Shown here: one piece after another, positions 24,396 through 32,000 of the stretch
Layout of the letters: each line of letters starts with the position of its first letter
Position numbering within the stretch: position 1 is the first letter of the stretch
From: Croceivirga radicis
GTDB taxonomy: Bacteria > Bacteroidota > Bacteroidia > Flavobacteriales > Flavobacteriaceae
NCBI RefSeq assembly: GCF_002072105.2
Contig: NZ_MTBC01000004.1
Coordinates: 250,913-282,912, forward strand
Length of the DNA: 32,000 bases
Direction of reading: 5' to 3'
Translations under genes and position numbers: made by a program
Notes under the pieces: model-generated
What the model saw: the letters and a program-made list of their open reading frames with translations, nothing else
Databases searched by the model: none
Told to the model about the DNA's origin: nothing

Positions 24396-27260
24396 CTATT
24401 TTCTGTAGGTAGGTGCCGGACCTTTGTAAGATTCCTGCAATCCCCCGAAATCAATAATTGCTTTTTGGATTACCATACCCGGATTACCACCTACTAACTT
24501 TAACGTATGTTTACCCGGTTTGGCAAGCCATATTTTACTTGTGTTGATAGCTGCATTACGGATTACGTTGCTCTGCCATTCAAACGAATATTCTTCAGAC
24601 GCAGTAGATTCCCAATGTATGGGACTATTGTCTATTTGAACGCCATAGCGTGTGCCGGTGTCTTCATCTTTTCCAAAAACCGGTAAGGCATAGGTGTACA
24701 CCGTTACATAGCCAGCTTTATCAGCATAAAAATCATAGGATACGGTCGTATTTGCCCAACCTTTATCCGTTACGCTACCCAGCTGTACCGAAGTTCCTAA
24801 ATAGCCTAAACCATCAATCACAGCTACCTTTGACCCTTTCTTTTCTTCTTTTCGTGATAATTTTGCTGGATTAATACTTACTACACCGTTATCTTCTACA
24901 TATAACACATCATCTGGTACCTTATTATTGTCCACTGCAAGTAAGACACTTTCCTCCTTACCAGCTATATTGAATATAATTTCTCCTTTAAGGAAAGGTT
25001 TATCTGGAATATTGCTCCAATCAATGGTAATAGCTATCTGTTCTTCTAAAATGGTCTTGCCTTTGGTCTTACCAATTTTAACCCATTTTGGTGCATTGAT
25101 AACTTGCCAAGAAACGGCTTCTTTGGATTTATTATAAAGCGTTATGTTGTGCGATTTTTGGGTACTTCTATAAAATTTTGGCAATTCATAATAACCACTA
25201 TTGGTATTTCCATTGGGTATAAAAAGTGAAAATGCCGGTTCTTCTGAAAGCGAAATGGTTTCCATGGGTGGCATTTGCAATTCTGGTAAACGGTCTGGAG
25301 CGGTCATCATGCCCTTCCATTTACCGTTACTTAAATTATTATATGCTTTGGTAATTAGCCCTAAACTATCGTCATACATTTTAACTTTATCCACCAAACT
25401 ATTGGTTGCCGCCCTACCTTGTTGGGCATACCAACGGTTTTTTTGGGCCAAAAGCATTTTATGGTTTACCAAATGCGCCCCTACAACCGGATATAAAACC
25501 AGCTGGTAATAAGCTGATTTCAACTCTTTAGGAAGGGTTTTATAAATGGATTTTGCTTTTTTGGAAATACTATTATAGCGTTTTAAACGTGTTTCTGCTT
25601 CGTTATAATTCTGAAAAGAAAACTCAGTATCCCGTATGTTTTCTTTGGCATCCAAACTGTTCCATCGCCAATCCCAAGCCATATATTCTGGTTTTCGCTC
25701 AAAACCTAGATTAAAATATTCAGTAAAAATTTGCTTAAAGTCCTCTTGGTACCGCGCTCCAAATAGCGCACTCAAATAAGCTGGAATTTTATCGTTACTA
25801 TTTCCAAAGTCGAAAGCAGAAACATCCCAAGCCATATCTAAAAAGAATTGCATACCCAACTCACCTGGCTTTATATCGCCTACATTAAGCAACCAATACG
25901 TATCTGCTCCAGTTCGGTAGGCCTTGCCCATTTCTTCTACCATTAAAGCTGGTGGTGTGGTGTTGAGCCAGAGGTAGTCATTAGGTGAACCTAAATACGA
26001 AATATGATAGTAAACGCCAATTCCTCCTTTGCGTTTCGCTTCTGTAGGATTGCTTAGTTTTTTAATGTACCCGTAATTATCGTCTGGCCATACAATGGTA
26101 ACATCTTCTGGTAATTGCATGCCGCTTTTATAGATATCCAACACCTCTTTATAGGGCACAAAAATTTGAGGAATAGCCTCTGGTTCTTTTTTAATATGTT
26201 TTTGTAAAATGTTGCGTTCCTCCCTAATTACTTGTTCCAATACACCCGCCTTGGTATACCCTTCTGGTACGTCTTTCATACCAGTATCGTGTATACCGCG
26301 CATTCCAACGGTATAAATATTCTCAAAGGGGGCCGCTTCTTTTACGCGGGCATCCATTACGGCCAGTACGCCATCTTTATTGGTTACATAATCCCACTCC
26401 CCATTTTTTTGCTTATCCCATTCTGTAGTATTGTTGTAAAGTAAAGGCTCTGCATGGCTCGTAGTCATTAGAATTCCATAACGGTCCGTTACTATTTTAT
26501 TTTCAGGGTATTTATAAAAAGCTCCGGTTACCTCATGCATGGCCGGGGCCAACATATTTGCTTTTAATCGTAATAAAAGTTCACAAACCTTTGCATAGGT
26601 ATTGGGACCAATATCACCAATTTCAGGATCCATTATTTTACTGGCCCATGGTTTTAACGCCCAATCTTCATCATTTAGGAAAACCCCTCTATATTTAACG
26701 GAAGGAGCTTTACTGGTATAATTTGGATTTTTAAGCACCACTTTAGATTGCTTTGCAATTGGTACGTCTGCCCACCAATACCATGGGGAAACACCTATGC
26801 GTTTAGAAAGTTCAAATACCCCGTAAGCCGTGCCCCTTCTATCGCTCCCCACTATCACTAGTGCCTTATCCAATCCTTTCCAAGGGCTTGCCACCGTTAA
26901 CAACTTAAAACGTTCCCATTGGTCCTCAATATCGTTAACTGTTATTTTGTTTGTTTTTATCAATCCTTGGATTAACGGACTATCCAAACTACCAATTAAA
27001 ATCGCAGTTTTACCTTTGGTTTTTTTATAGCTTAATTGGGGAGTTTTACCTGTTACGGATGCTATATCTTTCACCAAATGATTCGCTACAGTATGTACTG
27101 TTTCTGCATCTGATTTATCCACAACAATTGAAGCCACCTCGTTTTGATAGAATAGTTGAAATTCTTCCGTATTGGAAGTAGTACGCTGTGCGGTAAGTTG
27201 ATAGAAATTGGTAGTAATGAGCAAAGCCATTACTACCAATTGTATTCTCTTTTTATCCAT
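24396..27260 (-). CDS. Glycoside hydrolase family 115 protein (alpha-glucuronidase type)
   Basis: GSDRRGTAYGVFELSKRIGVSPWYWWADVP; KYRGVFLNDEDWALKPWA; LLRLKANMLAPAMHE; VTIVWPDDNYGYIKKLSNP; HISYLGSPNDYLWLNTTPPALM. Encoded 12 nt after susD. Confidence 0.93.
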   Translation of the reverse strand: MDKKRIQLVVMALLITTNFYQLTAQRTTSNTEEFQLFYQNEVASIVVDKSDAETVHTVANHLVKDIASVTGKTPQLSYKKTKGKTAILIGSLDSPLIQGLIKTNKITVNDIEDQWERFKLLTVASPWKGLDKALVIVGSDRRGTAYGVFELSKRIGVSPWYWWADVPIAKQSKVVLKNPNYTSKAPSVKYRGVFLNDEDWALKPWASKIMDPEIGDIGPNTYAKVCELLLRLKANMLAPAMHEVTGAFYKYPENKIVTDRYGILMTTSHAEPLLYNNTTEWDKQKNGEWDYVTNKDGVLAVMDARVKEAAPFENIYTVGMRGIHDTGMKDVPEGYTKAGVLEQVIREERNILQKHIKKEPEAIPQIFVPYKEVLDIYKSGMQLPEDVTIVWPDDNYGYIKKLSNPTEAKRKGGIGVYYHISYLGSPNDYLWLNTTPPALMVEEMGKAYRTGADTYWLLNVGDIKPGELGMQFFLDMAWDVSAFDFGNSNDKIPAYLSALFGARYQEDFKQIFTEYFNLGFERKPEYMAWDWRWNSLDAKENIRDTEFSFQNYNEAETRLKRYNSISKKAKSIYKTLPKELKSAYYQLVLYPVVGAHLVNHKMLLAQKNRWYAQQGRAATNSLVDKVKMYDDSLGLITKAYNNLSNGKWKGMMTAPDRLPELQMPPMETISLSEEPAFSLFIPNGNTNSGYYELPKFYRSTQKSHNITLYNKSKEAVSWQVINAPKWVKIGKTKGKTILEEQIAITIDWSNIPDKPFLKGEIIFNIAGKEESVLLAVDNNKVPDDVLYVEDNGVVSINPAKLSRKEEKKGSKVAVIDGLGYLGTSVQLGSVTDKGWANTTVSYDFYADKAGYVTVYTYALPVFGKDEDTGTRYGVQIDNSPIHWESTASEEYSFEWQSNVIRNAAINTSKIWLAKPGKHTLKLVGGNPGMVIQKAIIDFGGLQESYKGPAPTYRK

Positions 27261-27272
27261 TTAAAAATGTAA

Positions 27273-28928
27273 TTAATAACCAGGATTTTGCTCTAAATTT
27301 CCGTCCTTGTTACGTTCAATTTCATTAGCCGGTATGGGCCATAAATTATAGTGTTCTTGAATTTCATCTGCGTAATAAGGATTAAAACGCAACACCCTAT
27401 CGTATAACAATCCTGTACGCATTAGGGTTAGTCTTCTTTTTTCTTCAATCCCTAGCTCTCGCATTCTTTCGTCCAAAATATAATCCATATCCACATTAGA
27501 AGCTGCTACCGGCGTTGCATTAGATCTTGCCCTTACCGTATTGATATCTGATGCGGCATCTGTTAAATTACCAGCCATAAGGTATGCTTCTGCCCTTAAA
27601 AGATAAGTTTCTGCTAATCTGAACATATATTGATCTGTATATGTTGCACCGGCGGCATTGGTAAGTTGATAGGTTTCTGGATTTGCATACAAACCGTCTG
27701 GATGATTAAATGGTGTTGTACATTTAGATTGATACGCATAGAATGTTCTACTTGGAACTTCTACACCCTCTGGAGGGTTTTCAGTTGAAATTACTTGACC
27801 AAATAAAGGCGAGTTTGGATTGGTTGAAGTAAACTCCCTTACAAAATTGTGGCCAGCGTTTCTAATATCACTATCAAAATCTGTTTCCCATATCGTGTTG
27901 CTAAAATGTCTGGTAGAAATTGCCCAACCAATACCCCTACCTGCGGTATAGTCACCAATAGGCCAAGAAAAAGGACGGTCCCCATCTACCCGCAAATCTC
28001 TCATAAAGGTTCCGTGGTGTCTTTCTAACATATAGGAACCTCCTCTACCGGTAGAAGTAGTTCCACCACCTAAAACATCGGTCTCAAATTGAATGACCCA
28101 TATACCTTCTGTATTTCCAGAAGACCTATTCTGGTTGTTCTTCCTAAATAAATCCCAATAGACATCACCTGGTTCTTCGTTGGCCCTTGATCCAAATCTT
28201 GTAGTCATTAACGCGGTAGCAGGGTTATTGATAACTACTGTGGCAGCGGCAACAGCATCTTGAGGTCTATTGACGGCCAAATAAACTTCAGCTAGTAAAT
28301 GATAGGCGGCAAGGCTATTTACCCTTCCATCAGCAGCCTCTTCAATACTTGGTAGATTATCCTTGGCGTAATTAAGGTCTTCTATTACCTGGTTCAAAAC
28401 TTCTTCCTTGGTATTCCTGGTAAAGTCCGTTTTAGGTGCCGTTAATTGCTCCAATACAAGGGGTACCCCACCATATAAATAGGCAAGGCTTCTGTACGAG
28501 ATTCCCCTAAAAAATCTGGCTTGCGATAGAATATCCGTTTTTTGGTCATCAGTTAAATTAGACTGTTCTACTTGGTCTATTACCGCATTTGCTTCAGAAA
28601 TTGTTTTGAACAACAGGTTCCAATGTACCCTAGGAATTTCTGCAACAGGATCGTAGGCCGCGACCATATTGCTATGGCGCTGTGTACTTCTTTGCCCATC
28701 AAATACTATATCTGTACCGTAAATAAAATCAAAGGGTCGGTTTTCATCCCTGGAAAAATATTGCCTTCTATAAAGAAAGTACAAATTATTTACGGAAGCC
28801 AAAAAATCCTCATATGTAGTAAATGCGTTCGCAGAGCTTAAAAAGTCTTCTGGTTTTTCTTCTAGGAAATCCTTATCACAAGAAAATAGTAAGGAAATGG
28901 TTAAGAATATATAAATATATTTTTTCAT
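27273..28928 (-). CDS. SusD/RagB family nutrient-binding outer-membrane lipoprotein
   Basis: Lipobox LLFSC; LEEKPEDFLSSANAF; ARFFRGISYRSLAYLYGGVPLV; ETYLLRAEAYLMAGNLTDAASDINTVRARSNA. Confidence 0.96.
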   Translation of the reverse strand: MKKYIYIFLTISLLFSCDKDFLEEKPEDFLSSANAFTTYEDFLASVNNLYFLYRRQYFSRDENRPFDFIYGTDIVFDGQRSTQRHSNMVAAYDPVAEIPRVHWNLLFKTISEANAVIDQVEQSNLTDDQKTDILSQARFFRGISYRSLAYLYGGVPLVLEQLTAPKTDFTRNTKEEVLNQVIEDLNYAKDNLPSIEEAADGRVNSLAAYHLLAEVYLAVNRPQDAVAAATVVINNPATALMTTRFGSRANEEPGDVYWDLFRKNNQNRSSGNTEGIWVIQFETDVLGGGTTSTGRGGSYMLERHHGTFMRDLRVDGDRPFSWPIGDYTAGRGIGWAISTRHFSNTIWETDFDSDIRNAGHNFVREFTSTNPNSPLFGQVISTENPPEGVEVPSRTFYAYQSKCTTPFNHPDGLYANPETYQLTNAAGATYTDQYMFRLAETYLLRAEAYLMAGNLTDAASDINTVRARSNATPVAASNVDMDYILDERMRELGIEEKRRLTLMRTGLLYDRVLRFNPYYADEIQEHYNLWPIPANEIERNKDGNLEQNPGY

Positions 28929-28939
28929 TATACTAATTT

Positions 28940-31900
28940 TTAAAATGATACATTTAAGCCAATTGAATATCCTTTAAGCACTGGCCTACCACCATTTGTT
29001 AATCCTTGATTTGTTTCAGGGTCCCAACCTCTCCAGCTTGTCCAAGTAGCTAAATTTTTTCCACTTAAAAATAGACTTAATCCTGAAAGAGAAAGTTTAT
29101 CTAGCAATTCTTGATCAAAACTATATCTAAGACTTACATCTTGAAGCCTTACAAAGCTCCTATCCATATATATTGGCGGGGTAATGGTTGGTGCCGTGGA
29201 TGAGATGGGGTTTACACCATTTGGATTATTGGGTTGCCAATAATCTATACCACTTAAATAATTAAATCTAATAGAATTATCAGAAGTGTATAGCACATTT
29301 GAATTATACCCTAGATAAGAATCAGAACCTCCTTGTATAGAATTTAGAAAAAAGCTTAACGAAAGGTTTTTGTGGCTAAAGGTGTTTAAAATTGAAAATC
29401 TATAGGCAGGTTCACTACGTCCCAAGACCACCCGATCATCTACAGGTGTAATTTCTCCGTCTCCATTTTGATCTACCACCCTAAATGTTCCAGGAAAATA
29501 ACCATCTGGAATATTTTCTTCTCCTACTTGGTATATACCGTCTGTTTCATAATTATAATAGGTACCTAAAGACTCACCAATAAACAATCCACTAGAAATT
29601 AAATCGTCCTCAACCCCGTCTCCGTCCTCGTCTTGACCGGTAAGCTCAAGAATCTCATTCTTATTGGTAGAAAAATTTAGCGTTGTGGTCCAGTTAAAAT
29701 CATTAGACCTAACAATGTCGCCCGTAAGGGATATTTCTACACCTTTGTTTTCAATTTTACCAACATTGGTATTTATTCTTTCAAAACCGGTTATATACGG
29801 AATTGCGACGCTAAACAATAAATCGTTTGTTATATTTCTATAAACCTCTACATTACCATTAATACGATTATTAATAAAGCCGAAGTCCATACCAATGTTC
29901 AAACCTGTTGTTCGCTCCCATTTTAAATCAGCATTGGGCAATGAACTTAATTCTTGCCCAAAGGCGGGGGTACCCCCATCTCCAAATACATAGGCCGCTC
30001 TAGTACCTAATGATGCCAATGAATTATATCTGCTAGTTTGGTTACCACTAACACCGTAACCAACACGTAACTTTAAATTATTTATCCATTCTACATTATC
30101 CAAGAATTGCTCATTGGAAGCAATCCAGCCAAATGCCCCGGAAGGGAAATAGCCATATTTGTTATTAGCGGCAAAACCAGAAAAACCATCTCTTCTAATA
30201 GTACCCGTAAGTAAATATCTATTATCAAATTTATAGTTTAAACGAAACATCTGATAGTTTAACTGCTCACTAAAAGCTGATGAACTGGTGAATTGGTTTG
30301 CTCCTAACTCCAAACTATTATACCCTAAAGTAAGTCTTTCAAAACCGTTGGTATAAGCATTTGTACTTTCTCCTTTACGTTCAATGGCTCCGTATAAAAG
30401 GGTTAAGCCTAAATCATGTTTGTTAAAAGTTCTATTATACGTTAATATATTATCTAAGGTATAATCGTAATAAAAATTAATGTTTTTTCCAGCATCTCCG
30501 GTAAAACCAGCTCCATACTCACTAGAACCATAATATTTATCTATCCTGTAGTTGTTTCCAAAATTTACTCTATACTTTAATCCTTTTATAAATCCAAAAT
30601 CGATTTCTGAATAGAGATTAGCGAAAAAAGAATCATGTCTTTCTAAATCTTGAACGTCATAGGCAAGAAAAGGATTCAATTGAATGGTATTGAATGGTGA
30701 GAGTATTAAATTTCCCTCATCATCATAAGGTGTCAACAAAGGGGAAGAAGTTACCAATTCCCATATATTAGGTTCATCACCATCTTGGTTAACAAAAGAA
30801 CCAAAGGTTTGTATACCCACTTTCCACCAGTCCGTGGCGTCAATATCTACATTTACGCGGATATTCTTTCTTTGAAAATTATCATTTAAAATAAACCCTT
30901 TTTGATCAGTATGACCAATAGATAATAAATAACTAACGTTATCACCGCCACCAGCAACGCTGGCCTTATTTTCTATAATATAGCCCGTACGGGTACCCTC
31001 ATCCCACCAATCATAATCATTATCCAATAAATTTCCATCACCATCTACCATGGTTCCATCTACATAATCCGCTAAATCAAAGTCTGGATTAGGTGTAGTA
31101 AAATCTGGTCCTAAATAGGCATCTTCATAGTTTAACGCCCTTACCTTTTCTAAATACTCGTTTCTTCTCATGGGCCTTAAATTAACATTTGGACCTTGGG
31201 AGGTGTAAGAAGTAGAAAATGAAATGACAGGTTTTTTATTTTTCTTACCACTTTTAGTAGTGATCAACAGTACGCCATTTGCTGCTTGCGCACCATAGAC
31301 AGCTGTAGAGCTCGCATCCTTTAAAACATCTATAGACTCAATATTGTCCGGGTTTAAAGAAGATAGCGAACCGTTGTACTGAATACCATCTAAAACAATT
31401 AAAACGTTTGAGTTACCAGAAATGGTACTAGCACCTCTAATACGTATAGAGGGTGTGGCACCGGCACTCGTAACTTGACCCACATTAAGACCCGGCACAA
31501 CACCTTGTAAACTTTGGGCTATGTTGGTATTTGGCGCTTCTTTAAAAGCTTCAATATCCGCACTACTAACAGCACCGGTAACATCTGACTTTTTTTGCGT
31601 TCCGTAACCTACAACAACAATTTCATCTAGGGTTTCCACATCTTCTTTTAAAATGATGCTCAAAGATGACCTACCATTTAATGTAATCGATTGCGCAACA
31701 AAGCCAACATAAGAAACATTTAAAACACTTTTGTTAAGTGAATTAACGTTTATTGTGAATTTTCCGTCAAAATCCGAAGAGACCCCGTTTGTAGTTCCTT
31801 TTTCTATAATACTAGCATAAGGTATAGGAAGTTTATTACTATCCATTACCGTGCCGGTAACCGTTTGTTGCGCTTTTACTTGATTGCCAACGACCAGACC

Positions 31901-31945
31901 AAACGCCAATAGCAAAATAGAAAGGGGTGAAATAAAGGTTTTCAT
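28940..31945 (-). CDS. SusC/RagA family TonB-dependent outer-membrane receptor
   Basis: Carboxypeptidase-regulatory-like N-terminal domain, plug motifs VVVGYGTQKKSDVTGAVSS and SIRIRGASTISGNSNVLIVLDGIQYNG. True start is probably M at 31945 (MKTFISPLSILLLAFGLVVGNQVKAQQ). Confidence 0.96.
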   Translation of the reverse strand: MKTFISPLSILLLAFGLVVGNQVKAQQTVTGTVMDSNKLPIPYASIIEKGTTNGVSSDFDGKFTINVNSLNKSVLNVSYVGFVAQSITLNGRSSLSIILKEDVETLDEIVVVGYGTQKKSDVTGAVSSADIEAFKEAPNTNIAQSLQGVVPGLNVGQVTSAGATPSIRIRGASTISGNSNVLIVLDGIQYNGSLSSLNPDNIESIDVLKDASSTAVYGAQAANGVLLITTKSGKKNKKPVISFSTSYTSQGPNVNLRPMRRNEYLEKVRALNYEDAYLGPDFTTPNPDFDLADYVDGTMVDGDGNLLDNDYDWWDEGTRTGYIIENKASVAGGGDNVSYLLSIGHTDQKGFILNDNFQRKNIRVNVDIDATDWWKVGIQTFGSFVNQDGDEPNIWELVTSSPLLTPYDDEGNLILSPFNTIQLNPFLAYDVQDLERHDSFFANLYSEIDFGFIKGLKYRVNFGNNYRIDKYYGSSEYGAGFTGDAGKNINFYYDYTLDNILTYNRTFNKHDLGLTLLYGAIERKGESTNAYTNGFERLTLGYNSLELGANQFTSSSAFSEQLNYQMFRLNYKFDNRYLLTGTIRRDGFSGFAANNKYGYFPSGAFGWIASNEQFLDNVEWINNLKLRVGYGVSGNQTSRYNSLASLGTRAAYVFGDGGTPAFGQELSSLPNADLKWERTTGLNIGMDFGFINNRINGNVEVYRNITNDLLFSVAIPYITGFERINTNVGKIENKGVEISLTGDIVRSNDFNWTTTLNFSTNKNEILELTGQDEDGDGVEDDLISSGLFIGESLGTYYNYETDGIYQVGEENIPDGYFPGTFRVVDQNGDGEITPVDDRVVLGRSEPAYRFSILNTFSHKNLSLSFFLNSIQGGSDSYLGYNSNVLYTSDNSIRFNYLSGIDYWQPNNPNGVNPISSTAPTITPPIYMDRSFVRLQDVSLRYSFDQELLDKLSLSGLSLFLSGKNLATWTSWRGWDPETNQGLTNGGRPVLKGYSIGLNVSF

Positions 31946-31974
31946 AAATTCATAGTTTGTGGTTATTATTATAC

Positions 31975-31989
31975 GTGTGATAATCACAC
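31975..31989. promoter_or_regulatory. Perfect palindrome upstream of susC, candidate operator
   Basis: GTGTGAT-A-ATCACAC (7-1-7), beginning 30 bp upstream of the susC ATG. Confidence 0.4.
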
Positions 31990-32000
31990 CATTCAAATAT

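Noticed and set aside
31946-31996. Track N-terminal extension MNGVIITRIIITTNYEF of the SusC protein
   Set aside because: The signal peptide starts at MKTFISPLS (31945); the extension runs across the palindrome and probable promoter region.
1-32000. CRISPR arrays, transposases, integrases, toxin-antitoxin or defense genes, rRNA and tRNA
   Set aside because: None recognised by reading; the window is densely filled with assigned genes. A tRNA/Infernal scan would be needed to exclude small RNAs fully.

Overview
This 32 kb window looks like a Flavobacteriia-type Bacteroidetes chromosome: gldF/gldG, SusC/SusD, TAnnTTTG-like promoters and no rRNA or tRNA seen. From left to right it holds: (1) the 3' end of a DnaQ-like exonuclease gene, missing from the ORF track; (2) a tightly coupled five-gene cassette of 'planctomycete-type' cytochrome proteins (PSCyt1/DUF1549/DUF1553 lipoprotein, DUF1501 protein, Tat-like NHL/beta-propeller, carbohydrate-binding-like protein, and a DUF2231 membrane + heme c + LRR fusion); (3) an acetate module (acs, SSS symporter, DUF4212); (4) purC-phoH; (5) SAM hydroxide adenosyltransferase, ABM protein, gldF, gldG and dnaN; (6) a minus-strand MbnP/MbnH-like copper/kynurenine module with a Cys-motif small membrane protein and a CxxCxC beta-barrel candidate; (7) mnmE; (8) a susC-susD-GH115 polysaccharide utilization operon. 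The least-described material is the five-gene cytochrome cassette, whose genes 4 and 5 appear to share a paralogous C-terminal module, and the accessory genes around the MbnP/MbnH pair. No CRISPR array, transposase or recognised defense system was seen.
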